Assembly (NCBI GenBank): GCA_937944105.1
Contig: CALDZP010000007.1
Coordinates: 69,423-133,422 of the forward strand
DNA from: an uncultured Ignavibacteria bacterium
Lineage (GTDB): Bacteria > Bacteroidota > Ignavibacteria > Ch128b
Length of the DNA: 64,000 bases
Direction: 5' to 3'
Shown: one piece after another, positions 37,783 to 47,514 of the stretch
Position numbering within the stretch: the stretch's first letter is position 1
Layout: each line of letters starts with the position of its first letter
Position numbers and translations under genes: made by a program
Notes under the pieces: model-generated
What the model was told of the DNA's origin: nothing
Seen by the model: only the letters and a program-made list of their open reading frames with translations
Database searches by the model: none

Positions 37783-40068
37783 TTAAAAGTCAACTTGTTT
37801 TTCTTTCAAGTAAAATGCTGCAATCTGTCCAAATGAAATTCCTCCATCATTAGTAGGAATTCTTTGATGCCAATATGGTTGAAAGCTTTCTTCTTTCAAT
37901 CGATCAATGGTTCGATTTAATAGATAAATATTTTGAAAGCACCCACCGCTCAATAAAACTTTTTTTAAATTAAACTTTTTAGCAAATTCAACAATTATTT
38001 CTGTTAATGTATTATGGAATTTCCCTGATAACTCACTTTGTGATTTGCCTTTTTCCAGGTCATCAATTAACCCGGAAATAATTCTTGACCAATCAATAAT
38101 TACTTTGTTTTCTTTTATAAATTCAAACTCATAATGATCATTTGTTGATTCAGAGATTGCCCATTCGAGTTTCATCGCAGCTTGACCTTCGAAATTAGAA
38201 TAATCAGCAATACCAATTAGAGACGAAACAGCATCGAATAATCTACCAGCGCTAACACAATCTGGTGAATTGATTTTTTTCTTAATTAAATCAACAATCA
38301 ATTTTAATTCAGTATGGCTGAATTTTTTAAGAAGTAAATTGTTATTTAAAATATGATCACCAAAAATTTCAAATAGAACACCAGCAAGAGTTCTTTTGGG
38401 TTCTCTGATAGCCTTTTCACCGGATGGTAAAGAAAACTTTTTAAATTGACCCAAATGAGCATAATTTTCATCATCAATATAAAAAAATTCACTTCCCCAA
38501 ATTTTTCCATCATAACCAAAACCTGTTCCATCCCACGATACACCTAATGCTTCACCTTTCAATTGATTTTCAAGTTTACAAGCGGCAACATGAGCAAGAT
38601 GATGTTGTATTAAACGATACTCATTTTTTTGCTCTTTCAAATATTTTGTAGAGAGATAATCGGGATGTAAATCACCAACATAAGTTACCTTATTCAATTC
38701 ATAAAGTGATTTAAAGTCATTAATTGTTTTTTTAAATGCATTGAAGGATTCAAAAGTAGATAGATCACCGATATGTTGACTGATGAATACTTGATTTTTC
38801 TTTTTAATTGAAATTGTGTTTTTCAAATGTCCTCCAACAGCAATAATGTTTTCGTCGTCAATACCATTTGCACCATCTATTAAAAATGGTAAAGGAGCAT
38901 AACCTCTTGCTCTTCTTATAATAAACTCCCTCCCTTTAATAATTCTTACGATTGAATCATCGCAATGTCTTAATATTGGTCGATTATGAACCAGAAAGAA
39001 ATCAGCAATTCCTTTTAGTCTCTTTAATGCGTCATATTCATCTATGCAAATTGGCTCTTCCGAAAGGTTTCCACTGGTAGCTACAACTGGTTTTTTTAGT
39101 AAATTCATCAATATATGATGCAGTGGAGTGTAAGGGAGCATAATGCCAAGATATGGATTACCAGGAGCAATAAATTTTGAAAGATTTGTTTCTGATAAAT
39201 TGTCTTTCTTTTTTAATAGAACAATTGGGGCTTCAGATGATTTTAAAGGTCGTTCTTCTAATTCCGAAACTTCACAATAATTTTTAATCATGTTAAGATC
39301 TGGAAACATTAATGCAAATGGTTTTTCTTCCCTTTGTTTTCTTTTTCTTAATTGAATAATAGCTTCATCATTTGTTGCGTCAACTACCAAATGAAATCCA
39401 CCAAGTCCTTTAATAGCAATAATTTTACCCGATTTAATTAATGCACATGTTTGGTTAATTGCATTTTGTTTTAATGCGATTATTCTTCCATTTGCATCCC
39501 ATAATTCTATTTGAGGTCCACAAACTGGGCATGCTATTGGTTGTGCATGAAACCTCCTATCGAGAGGATTGTGATATTCTTCCTTACAATGGGAACACAT
39601 CTGAAAATTTTTCATTGATGTTAGAGGACGATCGTATGGGAGCATTTCTATAATTGTAAATCTTGGTCCACAATTTGTGCAATTGATAAATGGATAAAGA
39701 TAACGACGATCTTTAGGATCAAATAATTCTCTTAAGCAATCTTGACATGTTGCAATATCAGGAAGTATTAGTGCAGTAATTTCTTCATCCTTTTCACTCT
39801 TCTTAATTATAAACTCATCATAACCAACCGCATCAAGAAAAGAGTATTCAAACGACTGGATAATTGAAATAGGAGGTTTTTCTTTTTCTATTCTAATAAT
39901 AAATTCTTTTAGTTTGTCAGTTTGACCTTCAACTTCAATAAAAATTCCTTTTGAAGAGTTGAGAACAAAACCTTTAAGATTTAATTCATTAGCCAATCTG
40001 AAAATGAAAGGTCTAAAACCCACACCTTGAACAGCGCCTCGAATGGTTATTTTAAGTCTTTCGACCAT
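37783..40068 (-). CDS. hypF: carbamoyltransferase HypF
   Basis: N-terminal acylphosphatase domain (GAVQGVGFRPF), two CxxC...CxxC zinc fingers, then YrdC-like and Kae1-like domains. Length 761 aa. Confidence 0.92.
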   Translation of the reverse strand: MVERLKITIRGAVQGVGFRPFIFRLANELNLKGFVLNSSKGIFIEVEGQTDKLKEFIIRIEKEKPPISIIQSFEYSFLDAVGYDEFIIKKSEKDEEITALILPDIATCQDCLRELFDPKDRRYLYPFINCTNCGPRFTIIEMLPYDRPLTSMKNFQMCSHCKEEYHNPLDRRFHAQPIACPVCGPQIELWDANGRIIALKQNAINQTCALIKSGKIIAIKGLGGFHLVVDATNDEAIIQLRKRKQREEKPFALMFPDLNMIKNYCEVSELEERPLKSSEAPIVLLKKKDNLSETNLSKFIAPGNPYLGIMLPYTPLHHILMNLLKKPVVATSGNLSEEPICIDEYDALKRLKGIADFFLVHNRPILRHCDDSIVRIIKGREFIIRRARGYAPLPFLIDGANGIDDENIIAVGGHLKNTISIKKKNQVFISQHIGDLSTFESFNAFKKTINDFKSLYELNKVTYVGDLHPDYLSTKYLKEQKNEYRLIQHHLAHVAACKLENQLKGEALGVSWDGTGFGYDGKIWGSEFFYIDDENYAHLGQFKKFSLPSGEKAIREPKRTLAGVLFEIFGDHILNNNLLLKKFSHTELKLIVDLIKKKINSPDCVSAGRLFDAVSSLIGIADYSNFEGQAAMKLEWAISESTNDHYEFEFIKENKVIIDWSRIISGLIDDLEKGKSQSELSGKFHNTLTEIIVEFAKKFNLKKVLLSGGCFQNIYLLNRTIDRLKEESFQPYWHQRIPTNDGGISFGQIAAFYLKEKQVDF

Positions 40069-40192
40069 ATTTATTAATTATTTTTAAAATTAAAAAAGAT
40101 AAGTTCCTAATGTAAAACTGATATGTAAATAAAGTCTTAAAAAACTTCTGTCAGATTTTTAAGCTTAAAGTAAAGAGCGATTTAAATTTAAT

Positions 40193-40846
40193 TTATAATT
40201 TTTCAATTTTTTTCTTAATCCAGTTTATCCAATCATTCAAGCCTTCACCTGTTTTACAAGAAACTTCGAAAATTTCTAATTGTGGATTTATAGCGAGAGC
40301 ATTTTTTTTCATCACTTCAATATTACAATCAAGATATGGTATTAAATCAATTTTATTAATGATTAAAACAGCAGCATTTCGAAACATAGCAGGATACTTG
40401 AGAGGTTTATCTTCACCTTCGGTTGTACTTAGAATTACAACCTTTATATCTTCTCCAAGATCATAATTTGATGGGCAAACAAGATTACCAACATTTTCAA
40501 TTATTAAAACTTCAAACTCTTCATTCTCTAAATTTTTATAAGCATCTCTTACAAGATTAGCTTCAAGATGACAACCACCGTTTGTTACTATCTGTACAAC
40601 AGGAACATTAAATTTACTGACTCTTTCAGCATCAAGATTTGTTTGAACATCTCCTTCAATCACACCAACTCTAAAATTTCCCTTAGAAAGTTCAATTGTT
40701 TTTTCCACAACTGAAGTTTTACCAGAACCTGGTGAACTAACAAAGTTCATTACAAAACGATTTTTTAATTTAAATTTATTTCTATTTTGTTGAGCAATAA
40801 CATCATTTTTTTCGAGAACTTTTCTTTCAATTGTTATAACGCTCAT
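40193..40846 (-). CDS. hypB: hydrogenase nickel-incorporation GTPase HypB
   Basis: P-loop SSPGSGKTS with CH-containing N-terminal metal site region (VTNGGCHLE). No His-rich stretch. Confidence 0.9.
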   Translation of the reverse strand: MSVITIERKVLEKNDVIAQQNRNKFKLKNRFVMNFVSSPGSGKTSVVEKTIELSKGNFRVGVIEGDVQTNLDAERVSKFNVPVVQIVTNGGCHLEANLVRDAYKNLENEEFEVLIIENVGNLVCPSNYDLGEDIKVVILSTTEGEDKPLKYPAMFRNAAVLIINKIDLIPYLDCNIEVMKKNALAINPQLEIFEVSCKTGEGLNDWINWIKKKIEKL

Positions 40847-40858
40847 TTTTTTACTCCT

Positions 40859-41200
40859 TTAATCTTCTACTTCAATTTCTGTTATTTCCAATTCTCTTCC
40901 AGCCAATAGTTGAACATTAAACGAATTGCACCGTGGACAAATAAAGATTGGTTCATTCAATTCAGTATCTGTTTTACATTCTGCACAACTTATTTTAATT
41001 GGTATTTCTATGACATCAAGGGATGCACCGGAAAACTCTGTATCATTTATAATTGCTTCAAAACAAAATTTTAAAGAATCTATTAAGATACCAGATAACT
41101 TACCAACTCTAATTTTAACAGATTTAAGTTTCTGTGTTTCAGAAGGGATAGAATTTTTAACAATATTTAAAATTTCCTGAGCAATAGAAAGTTCATGCAT
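40859..41200 (-). CDS. hypA: hydrogenase maturation nickel metallochaperone HypA
   Basis: N-terminus MHELSIAQEIL and a zinc site CAEC...CPRC. Length 113 aa. Confidence 0.9.
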   Translation of the reverse strand: MHELSIAQEILNIVKNSIPSETQKLKSVKIRVGKLSGILIDSLKFCFEAIINDTEFSGASLDVIEIPIKISCAECKTDTELNEPIFICPRCNSFNVQLLAGRELEITEIEVED

Positions 41201-41483
41201 AAAGAAAAAGAATATTTTTTTTACAAAATATCATTTTGAAGAGATAAATTAAACCCTTTAAGAGGTCTATATTCAATTCTAGTTAATTCAAACTTATTTA
41301 AACTTTTTAATTAGATTGTGATGTTTATTGAATTTGGGAGAAAAAACAATTCAACAATCTATTACCATCAAAAATTTTTTTTCAACATTTTTGAATTATT
41401 TCTTTTCTTCTACTAATTCCGAGTTTTTTAATTTAATTTCAACAGTTTTAAGAAAATATTAAATTATTAATTTTACTCAATAT

Positions 41484-41714
41484 ATGATTCCATCCACCAA
41501 CTATATGTTTCCTTACAGCCAATATATGATTCCTTCCAGTCTATATATGTTTCCTTCCAGTCAATATATGCTTCCTTCCAGCCAGGATATTATTCCTTCA
41601 ACCCAATGTATGATTCCTTCAAGTCCATTTATGTTTCCTTCCAGTCCACATATGGTTCCTTCCAGTCAATGTTTGTTTCCCTATACTTAAAATATCTTCC
41701 CTACTCTACAAGAA
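41484..41714. repeat. 21-bp tandem direct repeat array (about 9 well-conserved + 2 degenerate copies), consensus ATGwTTCCTTCCAGTCAATAT
   Basis: Units start at 41484, 41505, 41526, 41547, 41568, 41589, 41610, 41631 and 41652. Degenerate copies follow at 41673 and 41694. Phasing is exactly 21 bp with no spacers. The array lies in the 1.3-kb non-coding gap between the divergent hyp and nuo operons. Confidence 0.9.
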
Positions 41715-42446
41715 ATCAAAGACTTGCTTTGATCCAGGGGAATCAAAAACTTATAATTTTGCTAACCTGTTCCGTTTTATCGTGAGCAGGTTCTATTATA
41801 AAAAAAGATTCCGAAAGAAGTTCTGAATAAGAATTAACTTGTGGTCGCAAACTTTAGTTCGCATTGATATTTATTTTTATTTCTAAAACATCACACGCTG
41901 AAATATGCAACTATCAAAATTTTGTTATATACCTCAACTTTATTTTACAAAAAAAATATTCCACGATATAGGTAATTACAAGCTATAGTACATTAAGAAT
42001 CATAAAATAAATTAAAATTATCAGGGAAGACTAAAATTTAATTTTATTTATTCCTTATTTTCCTTTATAGGGATATATACTTCAAACAACGAACCTTCAC
42101 CTTTTTTTGAAAAAACACATTTAAAGTTTCAGTAATTCCAAATTGAGAAGTCATATAAATGATCTACATAAGTTGTCCATAGTTAATTTAATATCTTTAA
42201 ACTTCAGAATTTAAACACTTGTTAGTTAAATCGATGCAATCTCATTCTAAATCCTTAAATAGATTTTTAATTTTAAATAAAAAATTACAAATCAAGAGAT
42301 TAAGAATAGCAAAATGAATTTGTGTTATGACATGTTAAGTAACTTGAAAATGATAAGAATGTAATCTGTTTTTTACAAGTTTTTTATTTTGAATTTGACT
42401 TTTAACAAAAAAAATATATAAAGTGAATTTCTTTATTAATTGGAAG

Positions 42447-42479
42447 TTTGACATAGATTAAAAAGTATAGTTATTTTTG
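42447..42479 (+). promoter_or_regulatory. candidate Bacteroidota-type sigmaA promoter for nuo operon (-33 TTTG / -7 TAnnTTTG)
   Basis: TTTG at 42447-42450 and TATTTTTG at 42472-42479, spaced 21 nt apart. nuoA ATG is at 42492. Pattern match only. Confidence 0.35.
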
Positions 42480-42491
42480 TAATAAAATTTT

Positions 42492-42923
42492 ATGGAAATG
42501 CTGACAGAGTTTGGAAAAGTTTTAATCTTCATATTTCTCGCGATTATTTTCGTAGCCCTTGCCTTCATAGTCAATAGATTAATTAGACCAGCAAGACCAA
42601 CAAGAGAAAAAGTCCTGACTTATGAATGTGGAGAAAATCCAATTGGTTCTCCATGGATTAAATTTAATGTTAGATTTTATGTAGTAGCTTTGATCTTTTT
42701 ATTGTTTGATGTAGAAATAACTCTCTTGATACCCTGGGCTCTTGTTTACAAAGAATATGGTGTATATGGTTTTATCGTTGGATTTTTGTTCCTCTTTATA
42801 TTAATGCTTGGAATGTTGTATGAATGGCGTAAAGGTGATTTAGATTGGGTCAAACCTGAGGTTAAACCTAAAGATTTAAAAACTGTTATGGAAGAATTCG
42901 AAAAAGAATACGGAAAAATCTAA
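42492..42923 (+). CDS. nuoA: NADH-quinone oxidoreductase subunit A
   Basis: YECGENP motif with three TM helices. First gene of the nuo operon. Confidence 0.9.
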   Translation: MEMLTEFGKVLIFIFLAIIFVALAFIVNRLIRPARPTREKVLTYECGENPIGSPWIKFNVRFYVVALIFLLFDVEITLLIPWALVYKEYGVYGFIVGFLFLFILMLGMLYEWRKGDLDWVKPEVKPKDLKTVMEEFEKEYGKI

Positions 42924-43414
42924 TGGGAATACTTGATAAGGAATTTAACGAATCAAATATCGTAATTACCAGATTTGAAGATTTAATGAACTGGGCTCGT
43001 CTGTCTTCTTTATGGCAAATGACTTTTGGACTCGCTTGCTGTGCTATCGAGATGATGGCAACATCAGCCTCTCACTATGACTTCGATAGATTTGGAGTAA
43101 TACCTAGACCAAGTCCAAGACAAGCTGATATTATTATCATATCAGGAACTGTCACATTAAAGATGGCACTTCGAATAAAAAGATTATATGAACAAATGCC
43201 TGAACCCAAATATATTATTTCAATGGGAAGTTGCGCCAATTGTGGTGGCCCTTACTGGAATCACGGATATCATGTTTTGAAAGGCGTTGACCGAATTATC
43301 CCTGTTGATGTTTATGTTCCTGGTTGCCCACCTAGACCCGAAGCTCTTCTTGAAGGTCTACTTAAATTACAAGAAAAAATCAGAAATCAATCTCTTGTAA
43401 AGAAAGCGGTATGA
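42923..43414 (+). CDS. nuoB: NADH-quinone oxidoreductase subunit B
   Basis: N2 cluster ligands CCAIEMM...[10 protein letters not shown]...PGCPP. Confidence 0.93.
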   Translation: MGILDKEFNESNIVITRFEDLMNWARLSSLWQMTFGLACCAIEMMATSASHYDFDRFGVIPRPSPRQADIIIISGTVTLKMALRIKRLYEQMPEPKYIISMGSCANCGGPYWNHGYHVLKGVDRIIPVDVYVPGCPPRPEALLEGLLKLQEKIRNQSLVKKAV

Positions 43415-43415
43415 A

Positions 43416-43937
43416 ATGACAACTCAAGAAATTTTAGAAATTATTAAACAAAAATTCCCTGAAGAACAGTTTGAAATTAAAACAAATATCGGTGGTGATA
43501 TCTTAATTTCACCCCCTAAAGTTTTGAGAGATTTATGTTTCTTTTTAAGAGATGATGAAAGATTGTCTTTTGATTCGTTAATGAATTTATCAGGAGTCGA
43601 TCTTGCCGATGGTGAAAAGAAGAAACTCGAAGATGGGACATTCGAAATTTTAGGCGGCCATCTTGCAACCGTTTATCATCTTTATTCAATGAAGCATAAT
43701 CACAAATTAACAATCAAAGTTTTATTACCTAAAGAAAATCCTGTTGTTCCTTCTGTTGAAAGAGTATGGCGTGCTGCCGATTGGCATGAAAGAGAAGCTT
43801 ATGATATGTTTGGGATTATTTTCGAAGGACACCATAATCTCAAAAGAATTTTATTACCAGACGATTGGGACGGCTATCCCTTAAGAAAAGATTATAAAGT
43901 TCAAGAATTTTATCACGGAATGAAGGTTCCATACTAA
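43416..43937 (+). CDS. nuoC: NADH-quinone oxidoreductase subunit C
   Basis: ERE(A)YDMFGIIFEGH motif. Separate from nuoD (not a fusion). Confidence 0.9.
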   Translation: MTTQEILEIIKQKFPEEQFEIKTNIGGDILISPPKVLRDLCFFLRDDERLSFDSLMNLSGVDLADGEKKKLEDGTFEILGGHLATVYHLYSMKHNHKLTIKVLLPKENPVVPSVERVWRAADWHEREAYDMFGIIFEGHHNLKRILLPDDWDGYPLRKDYKVQEFYHGMKVPY

Positions 43938-45055
43938 TGGCTGAATTAAAAACTGATCATATTGTTTTAAATATGGGTCCTCAGCATCCATCAACTCACG
44001 GTGTGCTGAGACTCGAAGTTGTACTCGATGGCGAAGTTGTCGTTGATGTAATTCCTCATATTGGATATTTACATCGATGTTTCGAAAAACATGCTGAAGC
44101 TATGACTTACCCTCAGGTAATTCCATATACAGATAGAATGGATTATCTTTCTTCGATGTACAATAATTTTGGTTATGTCGAAGCAGTTGAAAGATTAATG
44201 AATATAGAAGTACCTGAGAGAGTTAAATACATAAGAGTTATAATGGGCGAATTTCAAAGGATTGCAAATCATCTTGTGGCAATTGGAACTTTTGGTATTG
44301 ACATAGGTGCATTTACTCCTTTTCTTTACTGTTTTAGAGATCGTGAAAGAATTTTAGATTTATTTGAAATGACCTGTGGTGCTCGATTACTTTATAATTA
44401 TATGTGGATTGGCGGGCTCTCACATGATTTACCACCCGACTTTATTCCAAAAGCAAAAGAATTTCTAAAAGATTTCAAAAAGAGCATTAAAGAATTAAAT
44501 GACCTTCTAAGTTTTAATAAAATTTTTATAGAAAGAACTGCTAATATTGGTATTCTATTACCAGATACAGCAATTAATTACGGCTGCTCTGGACCAGTTT
44601 TAAGAGGTTCTGGTGTGAAATGGGATTTGAGAAAAAATGATCCTTATTCTATTTATGACAGATTTGATTGGGAAGTTGTTGTAGGAAAAGGTGAAATGGG
44701 CACAGTTGGTGACTGTTGGGATAGATACATGGTTAGAGTCAAAGAAATGGAACAATCATGCCGAATTATTGAACAAGCTTTAGACCAAATTCCAGATGGA
44801 GATGTAACTTCAGCAATTCCTAAAAGAGTAAAACCACCTGTTGGTGAAATCTATTTTAGAGTAGAAAGTCCAAAAGGTGAATTAGGTTATCATATAATTA
44901 GTGATGGTTCTCCAAATCCTTTTAGAGTCAAAGTTCGTGCACCTTCTTTTGTTAACTTACAAATTCTTCCAATCATCAGCAGAGGTTACCTTGTTGCTGA
45001 TATTGTCGCAAATCTTGGAAGTTTAGATATAGTATTAGGGGAGATTGACAGGTGA
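43937..45055 (+). CDS. nuoD: NADH-quinone oxidoreductase subunit D
   Basis: N-terminus [13 protein letters not shown] and C-terminus DIVLGEIDR. There are no [NiFe]-binding CxxC pairs. Confidence 0.93.
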   Translation: MAELKTDHIVLNMGPQHPSTHGVLRLEVVLDGEVVVDVIPHIGYLHRCFEKHAEAMTYPQVIPYTDRMDYLSSMYNNFGYVEAVERLMNIEVPERVKYIRVIMGEFQRIANHLVAIGTFGIDIGAFTPFLYCFRDRERILDLFEMTCGARLLYNYMWIGGLSHDLPPDFIPKAKEFLKDFKKSIKELNDLLSFNKIFIERTANIGILLPDTAINYGCSGPVLRGSGVKWDLRKNDPYSIYDRFDWEVVVGKGEMGTVGDCWDRYMVRVKEMEQSCRIIEQALDQIPDGDVTSAIPKRVKPPVGEIYFRVESPKGELGYHIISDGSPNPFRVKVRAPSFVNLQILPIISRGYLVADIVANLGSLDIVLGEIDR

Positions 45056-46125
45056 TACCAGATTATTTAGCTGAATTCTTTGGAAACAAATTTATTGGAT
45101 ATTTAATAGCAGCAGCTCTTCCATTATTTCTCTGGATTTTGCCTTACGCCCTTTATGCAGTTTATGCAGAAAGAAAAGTTAGTGCTTTTATGCAAGATAG
45201 AATTGGTCCAAATCGCGTAGGACCTAAAGGTTTATTTCAAACTATTGCAGATATTTTAAAACTAATCCAGAAAGAGGATATTGTTCCTGCTTCAGCCGAT
45301 AAACCTCTCTTTGTTATGGCACCATATGTGATTTTTGCTGGAACTTTTGCTGCATTTGCTGCTCTCCCCTTCTCAAGCATTTATATTGGTAGTAATATCA
45401 ATCTTGGTGTCTTTTATATAATGGCAGTCTCATCATTTTCAGTTGTTGGAATCTTAATGGCTGGATGGGCAGGTAATAATAAATACTCGCTATATGGTGC
45501 TATGCGTTCTGTTGCCCAGATAGTAAGTTATGAAGTCCCAGCATTATTGGCAATTGTTTCTGCAGTCATGGTAATTGGATCTTTAAATCTTAACGAAATC
45601 TCTGAAATGCAAACAGCTTATTTTTGGAATTGGTGGATTTTTGGTGGACCTGTTGTTGGAATTAAAAAGTTTCTTTTGATTATCCCAATGACTATCGCAT
45701 TTATTATCTTCTTCATTGCTTCTCTTGCTGAAGTAAACAGAACTCCTTTCGATATACCCGAAGCTGAATCAGAATTGGTTGCTGGATTTCATACTGAATA
45801 TACAGGAATGAAATTCGCAATGTTTTTCCTTGCTGAATATGGAAATATGTTTGTTGTTTCAGCAATTTCTGTTTCAATTTTCTTTGGTGGATGGCAATCT
45901 CCTTTTGGGTATCTTGGTAATTCACTTGGAATTAGTTGGTTAATTCCAGTTGAACAAGTTTTTTGGTTTTTATTTAAAGGTTCTTTGTTAGTACTTGTTC
46001 AAATGTGGTTGAGATGGACTTTACCTAGACTTCGTGTCGATCAATTAATGACAGTATGCTGGAAATATTTAACTCCCTATGCTTTTATTAACTTAGTTTT
46101 AATCGGAATAATTACTTTATTTTAA
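45052..46125 (+). CDS. nuoH: NADH-quinone oxidoreductase subunit H
   Basis: Eight TM helices and the ND1 signature ([16 protein letters not shown]). Confidence 0.92.
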   Translation: MIPDYLAEFFGNKFIGYLIAAALPLFLWILPYALYAVYAERKVSAFMQDRIGPNRVGPKGLFQTIADILKLIQKEDIVPASADKPLFVMAPYVIFAGTFAAFAALPFSSIYIGSNINLGVFYIMAVSSFSVVGILMAGWAGNNKYSLYGAMRSVAQIVSYEVPALLAIVSAVMVIGSLNLNEISEMQTAYFWNWWIFGGPVVGIKKFLLIIPMTIAFIIFFIASLAEVNRTPFDIPEAESELVAGFHTEYTGMKFAMFFLAEYGNMFVVSAISVSIFFGGWQSPFGYLGNSLGISWLIPVEQVFWFLFKGSLLVLVQMWLRWTLPRLRVDQLMTVCWKYLTPYAFINLVLIGIITLF

Positions 46126-46127
46126 TT

Positions 46128-46691
46128 ATGAAAGAATATCTAAAAAATACATGGCTTGGAATTTATACTGTTTTGGTGGGAATGAAAGTTACTATTTCTC
46201 ACCTTTTTAAACCAAAAGTAACAATACAGTATCCTGATGTTCGTGTTAAACTTCCAGAAAGAGCCAGAAACAGATTGTATGTAAATATTGACGATTGTAT
46301 TGGTTGTGATCAATGTTCAAGAGCCTGTCCTGTTGATTGCATTACAATTGAAACTGTGAAAGCTGTTCCAGGTGAAGATCTGGGAACAACATCAAATGGA
46401 AAAAGAAAAGCTCTCTGGGTTACAAAATTTGATATTGACATTGCGAAGTGTTGCTATTGTGGATTATGCGTTTATCCCTGCCCTACTGAATGTATCTGGA
46501 TGACAGATGTTTATGAATTTTCGGAATACAACAGAGATAATCTGATTTATCATTTTTCTAATCTTACTCCAGAAGAAGCTGAACAAAAGAAATTAAATTA
46601 TCAAAAATTTGAAGAAGAAAAAGCTCGTCAAAAAGCAGCTGTTCAAGCTGTCAATAATCCTAATAAACAAGATAGTGGGAATCTGAGCTAA
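46128..46691 (+). CDS. nuoI: NADH-quinone oxidoreductase subunit I
   Basis: Two 4Fe-4S ferredoxin motifs, CIGCDQCSRACP and CCYCGLCVYPCP. Confidence 0.92.
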   Translation: MKEYLKNTWLGIYTVLVGMKVTISHLFKPKVTIQYPDVRVKLPERARNRLYVNIDDCIGCDQCSRACPVDCITIETVKAVPGEDLGTTSNGKRKALWVTKFDIDIAKCCYCGLCVYPCPTECIWMTDVYEFSEYNRDNLIYHFSNLTPEEAEQKKLNYQKFEEEKARQKAAVQAVNNPNKQDSGNLS

Positions 46692-47209
46692 TGACAACTT
46701 ATGATTTGATTTTCTATTTATTTGCATTAATCATATTAGTAAGCGCCTTTATTGTGGTGGCAGCAAGGAACATAATTTATTCTGCTTTCTCTCTTTTATT
46801 TACATTTTTTGGTGTCGCTGGAATTTATGTATTATTAAATGCCGATTTTATTGCAGTAGTTCAAGTCATTATATATGTTGGTGGTATTCTGGTTCTGATA
46901 ATTTTTGGTGTAATGTTAACTAACAAAATCACTGAAGTTGAAATAAAAACTGAAAGTTTTCAGGTTTTGCCATCCATAATTATTTCCGGAATAATTGGTG
47001 GAACGCTTGTAGCAATTTTTACGAAAACAAATTGGAAAGTTGCTGAACCTCAAATCCTTGATAAAACTGTAACTGAAATTGGGAGGTTCCTGGTATCCCA
47101 TTATATGATTTTATTTGAACTTGCTGGTATAATTTTGTTAGTTGCCTTGATTGGTTCTGTAATGATTGCAAGAAAAGAAAAGTTAGAAACAGAAGAGGTT
47201 GAAAAATGA
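46691..47209 (+). CDS. nuoJ: NADH-quinone oxidoreductase subunit J
   Basis: ND6-like five-TM protein in the conserved operon position. Confidence 0.85.
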   Translation: MTTYDLIFYLFALIILVSAFIVVAARNIIYSAFSLLFTFFGVAGIYVLLNADFIAVVQVIIYVGGILVLIIFGVMLTNKITEVEIKTESFQVLPSIIISGIIGGTLVAIFTKTNWKVAEPQILDKTVTEIGRFLVSHYMILFELAGIILLVALIGSVMIARKEKLETEEVEK

Positions 47210-47514
47210 CAGTTGGATTGAATCATTTCCTGGCTTTAAGTGCGGTTCTTTTTTCACTTGGGATTTACGCTGTATTAACTCGCAAGAATGCAATTCAAGT
47301 TTTGATGGGAATTGAACTTATTCTTAATTCAGCTAATATCAATTTTATAGCTTTTGCACATTATGGGAATTTTGGATTAACAGGTCAGGTTATCTCTCTT
47401 TTTGTTATCATACTTGCTGCTGCTGAAGCTGCAATTGCTTTAGCAATAGTCCTTAATATTTATAAACAATACAGTACAGTTAATGTAGATGAAATAGATG
47501 GACTGAAAGAATAA
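47206..47514 (+). CDS. nuoK: NADH-quinone oxidoreductase subunit K
   Basis: 102 aa with three TM helices. The ND4L signature includes a conserved Glu in TM2. Confidence 0.88.
   Translation: MTVGLNHFLALSAVLFSLGIYAVLTRKNAIQVLMGIELILNSANINFIAFAHYGNFGLTGQVISLFVIILAAAEAAIALAIVLNIYKQYSTVNVDEIDGLKE

Noticed and set aside
37431-39653. Small ORFs within and antisense to hypC/hypF (37431..37652, 38346..38543, 39459..39653)
   Set aside because: They overlap strongly supported hyp genes with no independent motif support.
41484-41690. Listed ORF encoding a 68-aa heptad-repeat peptide (YMFPSSQ)n across the 21-bp array
   Set aside because: The frame is open only because the repeat unit lacks stops in two of three frames. 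A second frame is equally open but has no start. There is no RBS or promoter context. Every unit begins with ATG simply because ATG is part of the repeat. Treated as a non-coding tandem repeat, with the coding possibility left open in the finding.
41484-41714. CRISPR array
   Set aside because: The units are directly abutting with no unique spacers, the period is 21 bp, and there are no cas genes in the window.
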